From Candidatus Multivoradales bacterium (lineage in GTDB: Bacteria > Acidobacteriota > Thermoanaerobaculia > Multivoradales > JAHEKO01): a stretch of DNA of 64,000 nt. This document shows, one piece after another, positions 20,013 to 29,402 of the stretch. The stretch lies in the NCBI GenBank assembly GCA_965248055.1, contig CBDFIJ010000004.1:2176001-2240000 (forward strand), read 5' to 3'. How positions within the stretch are numbered: the stretch's first letter is position 1; each line of letters begins with the position of its first letter. The translations under genes were made by a program, and so were the position numbers. The notes under the pieces are model-generated. The model was not told the DNA's origin. It saw only the letters and a program-made list of their open reading frames with translations, and did no database searches.

Positions 20013-21255
20013 GACGAGCGTTTCCAAAGTCATGGTCCAATACCTAGGCAACGTTGAGATCTTCGATACCGTGCTTCCATCTGAAGATGACAGGAGCTGC
20101 GTTGAGATCATCGAAGTAGGCTTCGATCCGGTTCCAGAGTTCTTCTTTGCTGGCGACGCGGATGTGTCGCAGCACGGAGCGCGCCATCTTGGAGAAGAGG
20201 GTTTCGATCAGGTTGAGCCAGGATCCGTGGACAGGTGTGAAGACGAACTCGAAACGATTGGGGACGCTCTTGAGGTAGGCGTTGGTCTCCTTTGAGAGGT
20301 GAGCGGAGTGGTTGTCGAGGATGAGGCGGATCTTGGTGTCGGGGGAGTAACTGCGCTCCAGCAACTGGAGAAACTCGATGAACTCCCGACTCCGATGCCG
20401 ATCGCGCATCAGGTGGTGAACGTGACCCGTCATCAGATCGACACCGGCGAGCAAACTGCTGGTTCCATGACGGACGTATTCGAACTCCCGCGAGATCGTG
20501 GGATGACGGCCAGGTACCGGAGGCAGGTCCGGCGCCTTCGACTCGATGGCTTGGATCCCCGGCCTTTCGTCGTAGCTGATGACCACCGTGGAGTTGTCCT
20601 CACCCGTAGCGCGTTCGAGCTCCACTTCTTTGTACACAAGGAGTATCTGGACCATCTTGTGGTCGAAGTCGGGATCGCGCCGTTCCAGGTAATACCGGAC
20701 TTTGTGCGGCCGCACCTTGCTCTGGGCCAAGATCTTCGACACGGTTCCTCCCGCCACCTTCGACAGACTTGGATGACCGGCATCTCGACAGTGGTTGTGA
20801 ATGTGTCGGACCAAGAGGTCAATTGTCCACAGCTCATGCGGGTAGCCCAGATCCTTCGGTTTCTGACAGGCGAGCGCGACCAGCCATGCTCTGGCCTCTG
20901 CTGTCAAGCTCCGCGGTCTCCCCGACCTCGACCTGTCGTCCAGCGCGGCAATCGCTCCGATCTCGAGCGCGCGATTCACCACGCGATTCACCGCGCTGCG
21001 CGACATCGATCTCTCCCGTGCGATCGCAGAGATCGACTCACCTTCCGCATAGGCGAGCAGAATCATCGCACGATCCACTCGAGATCGGGCTGCGCGTCGA
21101 GAGCGAGAGAGAGCCTCCAAAGACGACTGAATTTCACGATTCAACAAGAGCGGTGGCTTCGTCGAAGAGAATGGCATGACCGGCTACCTCCAAAAGACTG
21201 CTCAGCGAGATTGGTGAGCTTCATTTATAGTAGCTGAAATTCGGAAACGATGATG
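20013..21255 (-). mobile_element. IS630-family insertion sequence
   Basis: Imperfect terminal IRs sharing CGTTTCC.AA, flanked by TA (20011-12 and 21256-57). Contains the transposase. Confidence 0.85.
20044..21177 (-). CDS. IS630 DDE transposase
   Basis: HTH N-terminus; YDE, EYVRHGT, LILDNHSAH, TPVHGSWLNLIE. Confidence 0.93.
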   Translation of the reverse strand: MPFSSTKPPLLLNREIQSSLEALSRSRRAARSRVDRAMILLAYAEGESISAIARERSMSRSAVNRVVNRALEIGAIAALDDRSRSGRPRSLTAEARAWLVALACQKPKDLGYPHELWTIDLLVRHIHNHCRDAGHPSLSKVAGGTVSKILAQSKVRPHKVRYYLERRDPDFDHKMVQILLVYKEVELERATGEDNSTVVISYDERPGIQAIESKAPDLPPVPGRHPTISREFEYVRHGTSSLLAGVDLMTGHVHHLMRDRHRSREFIEFLQLLERSYSPDTKIRLILDNHSAHLSKETNAYLKSVPNRFEFVFTPVHGSWLNLIETLFSKMARSVLRHIRVASKEELWNRIEAYFDDLNAAPVIFRWKHGIEDLNVA

Positions 21256-21258
21256 TAG

Positions 21259-22158
21259 TTAGCTGACGAATGCTCTTGGTGGTGGAAATGATCCAGACGG
21301 GAAAGCTGCCGTGAGGTTGCCGGCTTTGAGTTGCTCGGAGGCGTCGCGGTAGGCGGCTACAAAGAAAGCGTAGGCTCGGTAGAGAGCTCGCCGCATCTGG
21401 CGGGTTGCACAGTGAAACAATGGGGCGGGGGAGCGCTTGAAGCGAGACGGCCGATGGGTGGCTGATAGGTCTGGCAATTCCAGTTCTCCTGCTTGAGTAC
21501 CCGATTCAATTGCTTCAGCCTGGACCAGTTCAATGAGCTCTTCTATTCGGCGAACGTTCGAACGAGAAGTTTGGTGAGCCCAACAGGGTAGAGGTGATAG
21601 GTGCAGTCGTTCTTGCAAGTAAAGTGCGGGACAACGGCCAGTTTGAATTTTTTCCCGGTACTCATCTGCACGCTTGCGCCAACGCCCGGTGAGGGTCGTG
21701 TGACCTTTACTCAACGGCGTGGCTGACTGTAGGCCTGGCCAATTTCGTGGATCATTGACTAGCCCTTCTTTGACCCCCTGCGCAAGTAAGTACTTCATGC
21801 GGCCCTCTTGGGCGGCTACCTCATCGCTAACAACAATGGCTTGGTAGCGACGACCCCAGAACTTTTCATTCCAACCGTACATGCGGCCTAGTTCTCTGGC
21901 GATATTGCTGTTGATGTAGCCAACGAATTGGGCCATTCGCTGGGCATCCGGGACGGAAATGAGCAGGTGGTAGTGGTTCGACATAAAGGCGAACCCGTGC
22001 ACTTTCACGGGATAGAGCCTCTGAGCCCTCCCGAGGACGCCAAGAATGATGTCGTTGACTGCCGCAGATGGCTTGAGGAGGTATCTACCCTGAAAGGTGC
22101 GGGTAGTTACCTCGACTAAGGTGTTTTCATCTGGAATGAATCGTAATCTCCGTCCCAT
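21259..22158 (-). CDS. Y1 HUH transposase, REP-associated tyrosine transposase (RAYT)-like
   Basis: EVTTRT, FAFMSNHYHLL (HUH), FWGRRY, MKYL (catalytic Tyr), GLV..P..WP. No tnpB partner. A REP-like palindrome lies about 185 bp upstream. Confidence 0.85.
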   Translation of the reverse strand: MGRRLRFIPDENTLVEVTTRTFQGRYLLKPSAAVNDIILGVLGRAQRLYPVKVHGFAFMSNHYHLLISVPDAQRMAQFVGYINSNIARELGRMYGWNEKFWGRRYQAIVVSDEVAAQEGRMKYLLAQGVKEGLVNDPRNWPGLQSATPLSKGHTTLTGRWRKRADEYREKIQTGRCPALYLQERLHLSPLPCWAHQTSRSNVRRIEELIELVQAEAIESGTQAGELELPDLSATHRPSRFKRSPAPLFHCATRQMRRALYRAYAFFVAAYRDASEQLKAGNLTAAFPSGSFPPPRAFVS

Positions 22159-22342
22159 GTAACAAGGGACGCAAAAGAGTCTTTCTATCTCCCGTTATTC
22201 GGGTGGCACGTTGGAGGCACGGGAGGCACGGCACGGATCAAACTCATCCATCAAAGTAGGTGGATTGTAGCGCTCAGCAAACGAGGACGCGTTTAAGAAC
22301 CAGATAGTGGATGACTATTACGCTATCAGGCCGCGGCTCGCT

Positions 22343-22370
22343 GGGGACACAATACAAGTATTGTGTCCCC
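22343..22370. repeat. REP-like perfect palindrome, copy 3 (next to the RAYT-like gene)
   Basis: GGGGACACAATAC-AA-GTATTGTGTCCCC. Confidence 0.9.
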
Positions 22371-22456
22371 TTCCTCTTTCGCTTCAAATCGACGTCATTT
22401 TGTGCCGCACGGTCAAGGTGACTCTTGTAGTCTGAGCGGGGAGACGAGGCACGAAT

Positions 22457-23668
22457 ATGGAATCCAAGACAGTTACTGTTGTCGGAGGGGGGGCCAGCGC
22501 CCATGTGCTCATCCCCTTTCTGTCGGGCGCGGGTCATCAGGTACAAGTCCTAACACGGCAGCCGGACAAGTGGTCCAGCGAGGTCCAGCTCGAACTCCAG
22601 TCCATTGATCGAGAGTTGTTGCAGACGTTCTCGGGCTCACTCTCTCAAATAAGCGCGGATCCCGCCGAAGTGATTCCGACTAGCGACATTGTAGTTCTCT
22701 GTATGCCGGTGTGCGCCTACCGAGCTGCTTTGCACCAGATTGCGCCGTTCATACGGAGCGTTCCCGAAGTCTCCGTGGGGACGATCTACGGTCAGGCGGG
22801 CTTCAATTGGATGGTGGATGAAATCGCGGCGAAGTTCGACCTTGATTCGATTGTGGCCTTTGCCGTCGGATTGATTCCGTGGGTCTGCAGAGTTCGTGAG
22901 TATGGCGCGGTGGGAGTCACCTATGGGTGTAAAGAGGTCAACGTAGCTGCAGTCTCGCCACGCGACCGCTTTGACGGGCTCAATGAGTCTTTTTTTAGAC
23001 CGATCTGCGAGCAGTGGCTGGGCAAGGGGGCTTTCGAGCAATCCGACAGTTTTCTGTCTTTGACTCTTTCGGTCGACAATCAGATCATCCACCCGTCCCG
23101 CTGCTATGGGTTGTTTCAGCGCTACGGGGGGAGCTGGGCGACCCCTGACGAGATTCCCTACTTCTACCGGGATTTCGATGAGCAGTCGGCGGACTTGTTG
23201 CGGGCCCTCGACGCGGACTATTCCAAAGTGCGGGAGGCTATCCGGACTCGATTCTCTGAGCGTGAGTTTCCCTACATGCTGGACTATCTGTCCCTCGAGC
23301 GCTTGTCGTATCAGTCGGCCAACACCGACATCCGGGAGTCCTTTGTCACCTCACAAACGCTTGGCGCAATCAAGCCACCTGTTCGTAAGAGCGACCAAGG
23401 AGCGTGGGAGATCGACACCGACCATCGTTTCTTCACCGATGACATCACCTATGGAGTTTGCATTGCCAAATGGATGGCTGAAGAGATGGATCTGCAAGTA
23501 CCGACGATAGACGCGATCATCGAGTGGGTGCAGGGTTTGAGAGGTGAGGAGTACATCCAAGACGGACATCTGCTTGTGGATAGCGAGAGCCTGTCTGCAC
23601 CGTTGAAGTCAGGGATCCCCCCGGTCTATGGAATGCAATCTATGCGTGAGGTGGTGGAGAGCGGATAG
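22457..23668 (+). CDS. NAD/NADP-dependent octopine/nopaline (opine) dehydrogenase family protein
   Basis: Rossmann VTVVGGGASAH, NQIIHP, YFYR, RFFTDDITYG...PTIDAIIEW. Confidence 0.85.
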   Translation: MESKTVTVVGGGASAHVLIPFLSGAGHQVQVLTRQPDKWSSEVQLELQSIDRELLQTFSGSLSQISADPAEVIPTSDIVVLCMPVCAYRAALHQIAPFIRSVPEVSVGTIYGQAGFNWMVDEIAAKFDLDSIVAFAVGLIPWVCRVREYGAVGVTYGCKEVNVAAVSPRDRFDGLNESFFRPICEQWLGKGAFEQSDSFLSLTLSVDNQIIHPSRCYGLFQRYGGSWATPDEIPYFYRDFDEQSADLLRALDADYSKVREAIRTRFSEREFPYMLDYLSLERLSYQSANTDIRESFVTSQTLGAIKPPVRKSDQGAWEIDTDHRFFTDDITYGVCIAKWMAEEMDLQVPTIDAIIEWVQGLRGEEYIQDGHLLVDSESLSAPLKSGIPPVYGMQSMREVVESG

Positions 23669-23732
23669 TCTGAGTGCGCGGACAAAAGGGGCAGGTCACC
23701 CCAGCGAGCTGTGCGGATTCCGACAGCGTCAA

Positions 23733-24227
23733 ATGACAGAATCAGAAGCCATGAACCGATCCACGACACGAACCGCGCTGCGGATAGGTGCATTGGCGCT
23801 GGCCGCGCTGATCTTCTTGGCCGGTCGTTGGAGTACAGGGGGCCTGTCGTTTCCTTGGCAGCCAGCGCCGGTGGCGTGGGAGGGATCGGAGAGCTCTGCT
23901 CAAGGTTCGGTTGAAGCCGCCTATGCGGGCCATCAGTCCGATGTCTGGTTAGGTGCCGACGGATTGGTAGATCGAGTGTTGAAAGATGACCGCAAAGGCT
24001 CTCGCCACCAGCGATTCGTGGTGGAGCTAGTGTCCGGGCACACCGTCCTGGTGGCCCACAACATCGATTTAGCCGAACGAGTACCGCTCAAAGCGGGCGA
24101 CCGCGTCGAGGTCTACGGAGAATATGAGTGGAGCGACCAGGGAGGAGTGTTGCATTGGACCCATCACGACCCCCAACGGCGGCGAAAAGGGGGCTGGATT
24201 CGCCACCGCGGTGTCGAGTACCGCTAG
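23733..24227 (+). CDS. DUF3465 domain protein
   Basis: DDRKGSRHQRF, VAHNIDLA, GEYEW...HWTHHDP...GWI. N-terminal TM/signal segment. Confidence 0.85.
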   Translation: MTESEAMNRSTTRTALRIGALALAALIFLAGRWSTGGLSFPWQPAPVAWEGSESSAQGSVEAAYAGHQSDVWLGADGLVDRVLKDDRKGSRHQRFVVELVSGHTVLVAHNIDLAERVPLKAGDRVEVYGEYEWSDQGGVLHWTHHDPQRRRKGGWIRHRGVEYR

Positions 24228-24481
24228 GCAGTTGTTTTCGAGCGGACGATGGCCGCGATCCGTCCGATCGAGTCCAGATTGTCGACGTTGATCTCGTGCG
24301 CAGCCAAAGCGACTCCGAATTCGGTTTCCAGGAATGCGGTCAGACCGAGTGTGGCAATCGAATCGAGAATACCGGTAGAAACCAAAGGACTCGAGTTGTT
24401 GAGGTTCTCAGAATCTTCCGGGTCTAGAACCTCTTCCAGTAGGTAGGCTCGGATGCGGTCTTCGATCGCTGGCAGGGGCAT
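24224..24481 (-). CDS. Acyl/aminoacyl carrier protein (DltC-like)
   Basis: 85 aa, acidic, GILDSI phosphopantetheine motif, LETEFGV, NLDSI. Confidence 0.88.
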   Translation of the reverse strand: MPLPAIEDRIRAYLLEEVLDPEDSENLNNSSPLVSTGILDSIATLGLTAFLETEFGVALAAHEINVDNLDSIGRIAAIVRSKTTA

Positions 24482-24496
24482 ACGTTTCTCCGGACT

Positions 24497-27025
24497 CTAT
24501 GGATTTTGCAACAGCAGTAGTTGTGGCTGTTCCTGTAGTTCTTGGAACAGTCGCTCGGCGACCAGTCGATGGCCAATGGCATTGGGATGTTCGTCGGCTG
24601 GACTAACGCGCAGTTCGGCGCGTTGGTCATAAGGGTACACGCCGTCGAGCGAGATTATTTGGAATCCAGCGGCCTGCGCATTGCGCTTCAGCCGTGGCAG
24701 GTTGCGCCAACTGGTGTGTTCCCACAGTTTGGGCAAGTAGACCCACACCGGGCGAGCTCCCGCTTCAATCGCAGCTTGGGCGAACTGGTTGTAACTGTGG
24801 GCGACTGCTTGATTCGCGGGTACCCCTTGTAGCTGGAGGACTGCCCGAGAGATCCGTTCGTCTTTGGTAAGTCCATCAGGCACTCTGTCCTGAGGTGCTG
24901 CCGTTTGCGCCAACTCATCGAGGAAAGCATCGGGGATCTCGACGCCACTCACCAGGGTGCGGGCAAGATGCTTACGAGCCCAGAAATTTTCATCCGAATG
25001 GGCGATGTAGAGCACCAAGTCGGGTTCAAACCCCAGAACGCTCTCCCTTAGAAGCACCAACTGTTGCAAGGGGCTGTAGTCGTCAATGGCATGGTTGAGT
25101 ACCTGATAGCTGGTGTTGTCTCCGAAATCCTCTCGATTGAGGTCTTCTTCCAGGAGGTGGGCGAAGACCTCGTTGTCGCCGACCCCATGACCCATGACGT
25201 GGGAGGCTCCCATCACCGCAATGCGGAATGTTTCTGGTGGCTTCGCCAATGAGTATTCCTGATCCCGCATTCCCCACTGATTGGAGGAAAAGCGCTTGCC
25301 TTTGTAGAGGCCGGTGGTATTGGGCTGGATCTCATGCCACAAGAAGTCGGTGCGCCGCCGGAAGAGATCCGAGTCGTGAGCTGCAACGGCTGGCTCGGCA
25401 GCGGCAAACCGCTGCCAAAGTTGGGACTCGAAACGACTCGAATGCTGGAGCGTTTCGTAGTAGCTATGTTCCAGCAGTGCCCGGTCGGTTGCGTTCAATC
25501 GAGAAGATCGCAGGTCTGCCACCTTGCTTGCGAATCGCGGTCCCAATGGGGCTGCCAATGAGGGGACCGTGAGCAGAGCGACAACCGCCAAGAGGCCAGC
25601 GGTCCAACTCTCGGGTTTGCCTGGCACCGCTTTGAGCAGATAGGAAAGGTCTACGCTCCCTTTGGAATTCGGCATCCGTCGAAGAAACCGCAACACCAGA
25701 TACGGGACGACGACAGCAAGTAGCAGAGTCCAGCCGCTGGTAACGGTCCATAGCCTCGACCAGGAGCGCAATGATTCCGCCGACCAGAGAGACCACAGGA
25801 TGGCGACCGTGGTGAAGGTCATCAGCGCTTTGAGGAAAAATTCGACCGTTCGACGCGGGGTCCAGGCAACCGGACCCAAGCGTTTACGCCCCTTGGTCTT
25901 TGCTTCGGTCAGGGAGTTGGCTAGGACCACGACTCCCATCGCGCCCCAGAAAAGGGCGTCGGTGCCTCTTATCGGAAAGTCGCCCTGGAGCCAGAACCAC
26001 TGATAGGCGTGGAGGAACCAGGTAATGGCGAAGACCACAACGGTTGCGACGCACAAGGTAGCGGTACGACCCATGCCGCGCCGACTCAGAGTCATGTAGA
26101 TCGGCAGATAGAACACCTTGACCATGAAGTCTTTCCAATAGATGTTGATCCGTCGCCAGTAGTCGTTGAAGTTGGTGGCAAAGAAGTAAAGATTGTTGGT
26201 TTCAGGAAGGTTGAAGCCGAACATCTTGAGCAGCCCGACGATCAGATGGAATTGACCGCCGACCCTCAGATAGAGCAGCACTCCGACCACCAAGTAGCGA
26301 ACCAGCGTTGCGGCGTTGGTCACCTCGTGGGGGGCCAAGGTGAAGTAGTAATAAACCACTTGATAGAGAAGTAGGTGCAGAACACCACGACCCATCCAGT
26401 GGAGTCCCTGGCGATAGAGGGTTGGTGGGTCTTGGTCGAAGTAGTGGTTCGAGAATCGGTGGTAGTCGAGAACCGGAAACAGGGGAAAGCAGACATTGGG
26501 CAGAGGAAAGAAATAGGCCAAGGTACGCATCGGGCGAACGTCGGTGACGTTGTGCCGGATGTCATAGAGGTAGACGATCAAGCGAAACATGAACATCGAC
26601 GCCAGGATCGCCCACGCTGGGCGCGACCAAGGCGAGGGCAAAACGGTGATCCGCTGCAGAGCGAGCACTGCGCCCGCGCCGAGCAGTAAGACAAGCCTGA
26701 GGACAAAAGGAATCGGTAAGTGACAAAGCAAGATCAAGCTGATCCCGATCGCCAGAACCCACAAGCCGGTCGAAACGCCGGCAACCCACAGCAAGCCAGT
26801 GATCGAGAGAGCGACAAAGAATCCCTGCCGGTAGCGCAGTGGTAACAGAGCGCTGACGACGAATCCTCCGAGAGCCCAAACCATCAGATCTTGCAGCGCA
26901 GAACTCTCCAGATCGAATCGGCGCACGATCACGGCCAGGAGCGCGAAATAGACCACCGACCAGACCAAAGTCGCTGGATGTAGTGGTTGGCTGGGGTTGT
27001 CTGCTGGGACGGTGGAAGAGTTCAC
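24497..27025 (-). CDS. MBOAT O-acyltransferase (DltB/AlgI-like) fused to C-terminal SGNH-like domain (DltD/AlgX-like)
   Basis: Many TM helices; MFGFNLPE, NFNDYWRRINIYW, TWFLH (MBOAT His). C-terminal SNQWGMRD, RIAVMGASHVMG, DEHPNAIGH. Confidence 0.8.
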   Translation of the reverse strand: MNSSTVPADNPSQPLHPATLVWSVVYFALLAVIVRRFDLESSALQDLMVWALGGFVVSALLPLRYRQGFFVALSITGLLWVAGVSTGLWVLAIGISLILLCHLPIPFVLRLVLLLGAGAVLALQRITVLPSPWSRPAWAILASMFMFRLIVYLYDIRHNVTDVRPMRTLAYFFPLPNVCFPLFPVLDYHRFSNHYFDQDPPTLYRQGLHWMGRGVLHLLLYQVVYYYFTLAPHEVTNAATLVRYLVVGVLLYLRVGGQFHLIVGLLKMFGFNLPETNNLYFFATNFNDYWRRINIYWKDFMVKVFYLPIYMTLSRRGMGRTATLCVATVVVFAITWFLHAYQWFWLQGDFPIRGTDALFWGAMGVVVLANSLTEAKTKGRKRLGPVAWTPRRTVEFFLKALMTFTTVAILWSLWSAESLRSWSRLWTVTSGWTLLLAVVVPYLVLRFLRRMPNSKGSVDLSYLLKAVPGKPESWTAGLLAVVALLTVPSLAAPLGPRFASKVADLRSSRLNATDRALLEHSYYETLQHSSRFESQLWQRFAAAEPAVAAHDSDLFRRRTDFLWHEIQPNTTGLYKGKRFSSNQWGMRDQEYSLAKPPETFRIAVMGASHVMGHGVGDNEVFAHLLEEDLNREDFGDNTSYQVLNHAIDDYSPLQQLVLLRESVLGFEPDLVLYIAHSDENFWARKHLARTLVSGVEIPDAFLDELAQTAAPQDRVPDGLTKDERISRAVLQLQGVPANQAVAHSYNQFAQAAIEAGARPVWVYLPKLWEHTSWRNLPRLKRNAQAAGFQIISLDGVYPYDQRAELRVSPADEHPNAIGHRLVAERLFQELQEQPQLLLLQNP

Positions 27026-27028
27026 CAG

Positions 27029-28762
27029 TTATCCAATGCGCAGGCTTGCCAAGGGCTCCAATTCACCCCGGGAGTAGAGAAGTCGGTAGTGCCGGTGTCG
27101 TCGTTTGCCGCTAGAAGTCTTGCTCATCGAACCGAGCGGCAACAAAACGATGTCCCAGGCCGCCACGCCTAGGCCCTGTACTACCGCTTGGCGCACCTTT
27201 CGTGGCAGTTTCTGAGGAGTTTCAACCTCTCGGTCTTTGAGTTCCGCGACAATGACCAACTGTTGGGTGCCAGTCTCCACGTCGTCAACGCCAAAGACCG
27301 CGAAACAACCCGGTCGCAAGAACGGAACCTGAAATAGCGTGCTCTCGAAATCGCTCGGGTCATATTTCTTGCCGTGCAGGTTGATTCGTTCTTGGGCACG
27401 GCCGGTCCAGAACAACTCGCCGTCACGTAGGTAGCCCAGATCTCCGGTCTTGAGCAAGCCGCTGGAGAATGCGGATCGACTAGCGTCTGGATCGCCGAGG
27501 TAGCCCAACATGCGAGACGGAGTATCCAAAGCCACCTGTCCGACGTGGCCGTCGGGAAGCGGTTGATCTAGGTCATCCAAAATATGCACTTGGAGCTGCG
27601 GATGACCCTTCCCGGCGCTCACTACATCGACCGTTGGTTGGTCTGCGGCGTCAACGACCGGCGTCGCGATGCCCCGCTCGTGAAGCTGCGAAGCATCAAC
27701 CTGTTCCCAGCGCGCACCGTGGTTACTGAAGGTCGCACCTCCGATATTTTCGGCGCAGCCAAAGTTGGTCTTAAGCGCCTGCCAGGAAACTCCCAATGGA
27801 GCAAAGCGGCGATGGAAAGCTTGCAACGTGTCCAGGTGGATGCGCTCCGCGGCGTTCCAGAACCCGCGCACCGAGTCGAGGTGAAGATCCTCGATCTCCT
27901 GGTCAGAGACCCTCTGCGCAGTCAATGCAAAGCCAAAGTTGGGCGACCAAGTGGTAGTGGCCCTGGTGGACGACAGCGCGCGTAACCAGGTTGCCGGGTC
28001 GGCGACAAAGCGTTGGGTTGGCAGCATTCCAAGAGGGATTCCATGGGTCATACAGAGCAGGAAATTATTGACCAAGCCCATGTCATGGTAGAGCGGAGTC
28101 CAGTTGATAAATAGGTCGTCGGCGTTCAGCTGCATGGCATCGACCATTCCGTCAACCGCTGCCAGAACCCGATCTTGACGCCAGGCGCAGATGCGCGGAA
28201 ATCCGGTGGTTCCCGAGGTCAATTGGAAAGCGGCAAGGTCGTCGCCAGATGGTGGCTGGTGTTGCAAGTTGCCGTCCATCGGTAGGGTTGCGTCGTGCGC
28301 AAGGACCACAGGTCGCAATCTGGGCACTTCAGCGGCAACTTCCTCAGCCTCTTGCCGGAAGCCGTCGCGGCTGACTAGGAGCTGAACAGACTCGCCGTTG
28401 GGAGAAGGGACTTGCGTCGATAAACATTGTGCGACGTGCTGCAAGACCTGGCGCAGATTGCTATGCAGTCCACGAATGATCGGTGGAGCAACCAGGACCG
28501 GAAGAGCATTGTTGAGCAAGGCGCCCAACAACAGAGCACAACAGGTGGCGTCGGAATCGAGAACCAAAATACACGGAGATCCAGGCCGTAGACCCGCACG
28601 GTGAAGAAAATCCGCGGCTCCAAGGGCTCGTTGGTGGGTCTCCTCGCGCGTCCACCACTGCCACTGTTGACCGTCATCTGAAAAGCCCAGTGCCCGAGCC
28701 TGTGGCTTTGAAGTCCAAGAAGCCAGCAATCTGGATTGAATTGAATGCGTTGTACTAACCAC
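27029..28762 (-). CDS. Fatty acyl-AMP ligase-like adenylation enzyme
   Basis: QLTSGTTGFPR, W.PLYHDMGL, SPNFGF, FGCAE, TGDLGY, KTSSGK. Confidence 0.88.
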   Translation of the reverse strand: MVSTTHSIQSRLLASWTSKPQARALGFSDDGQQWQWWTREETHQRALGAADFLHRAGLRPGSPCILVLDSDATCCALLLGALLNNALPVLVAPPIIRGLHSNLRQVLQHVAQCLSTQVPSPNGESVQLLVSRDGFRQEAEEVAAEVPRLRPVVLAHDATLPMDGNLQHQPPSGDDLAAFQLTSGTTGFPRICAWRQDRVLAAVDGMVDAMQLNADDLFINWTPLYHDMGLVNNFLLCMTHGIPLGMLPTQRFVADPATWLRALSSTRATTTWSPNFGFALTAQRVSDQEIEDLHLDSVRGFWNAAERIHLDTLQAFHRRFAPLGVSWQALKTNFGCAENIGGATFSNHGARWEQVDASQLHERGIATPVVDAADQPTVDVVSAGKGHPQLQVHILDDLDQPLPDGHVGQVALDTPSRMLGYLGDPDASRSAFSSGLLKTGDLGYLRDGELFWTGRAQERINLHGKKYDPSDFESTLFQVPFLRPGCFAVFGVDDVETGTQQLVIVAELKDREVETPQKLPRKVRQAVVQGLGVAAWDIVLLPLGSMSKTSSGKRRHRHYRLLYSRGELEPLASLRIG

Positions 28763-28893
28763 GATCGTGCCGGGAGTTTACCTGCCGCCGTTTAAGATTT
28801 CTCACCGCCGGTGGCTGGTGGTGCATGAGCACCCAGAGCCCGGTTTGCCACCGGAAGCAAGAATACCGGTAGAGTCGGTTGGGACCTACGCAC

Positions 28894-29316
28894 ATGTCAA
28901 AAGAAGACAATTCTGGAGATTTCGAGTTCGCAACTTCGGAATCGACGACCTGTGGTGTGCCTGTCTCGGTCCAAGCGCACTACGATTCGACTCGCTCGCG
29001 GCCCAATCGAGGTCTGTGGTTTTTTCTCTACACAGTGACGATCACCAACGGCGAAGAGGAGTGTGTCCAACTGCTGACCCGCCATTGGGTCATCCGCGAC
29101 GCTCAGGACAACCTCGAAGAGGTCCGAGGTGATGGGGTGGTGGGAGAGACGCCGACGCTGGCTGTGGGTGAGAGCCATCAGTACACCTCTGGCTGTCCGT
29201 TGACCACCGAGTTTGGATCGATGCGTGGCAGCTACGGCATGGTGACCGCTTCGGGAGAGCACTTCAACGCCGAAATCGCGGAGTTTGTTCTGAGTCCTCC
29301 TTATACTGTTCATTGA
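28894..29316 (+). CDS. apaG: ApaG protein
   Basis: FLYTVTITN, VQLLTRHWVI, GDGVVGETP, YTSGCPL.T.FGSM.GSY. Confidence 0.95.
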   Translation: MSKEDNSGDFEFATSESTTCGVPVSVQAHYDSTRSRPNRGLWFFLYTVTITNGEEECVQLLTRHWVIRDAQDNLEEVRGDGVVGETPTLAVGESHQYTSGCPLTTEFGSMRGSYGMVTASGEHFNAEIAEFVLSPPYTVH

Positions 29317-29370
29317 TAAACAGTGCATTGATAAACAGTGCATTGATAAACAGTGCATTGATAAACAGTG
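29311..29370. repeat. Tandem repeat, 4 x 15 bp (CATTGATAAACAGTG)
   Basis: Four exact units beginning at the apaG stop, with a degenerate fifth unit at 29371-29385. Confidence 0.95.
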
Positions 29371-29402
29371 CGTTGATTGACAGACGCTGTATTGATTAAC
29401 GA

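Noticed and set aside
21259-22158. IS200/IS605 element with TnpB
   Set aside because: No tnpB or iscB is adjacent, and the protein is about twice TnpA length with a C-terminal extension, fitting RAYT-like proteins better.
22150-22236. CGTCCC/GGGACG hairpin over the RAYT start and GGCACG micro-repeats
   Set aside because: Could be regulatory or an element end, but the stems are too short to call without homologous loci.
5029-22370. Palindromes as integron attC sites
   Set aside because: No RYYYAAC/GTTRRRY core, no extrahelical bases, too short, and no IntI gene.
29311-29385. Possible CRISPR array
   Set aside because: Units are 15 bp and contiguous with no unique spacers, and there are no cas genes in the window.
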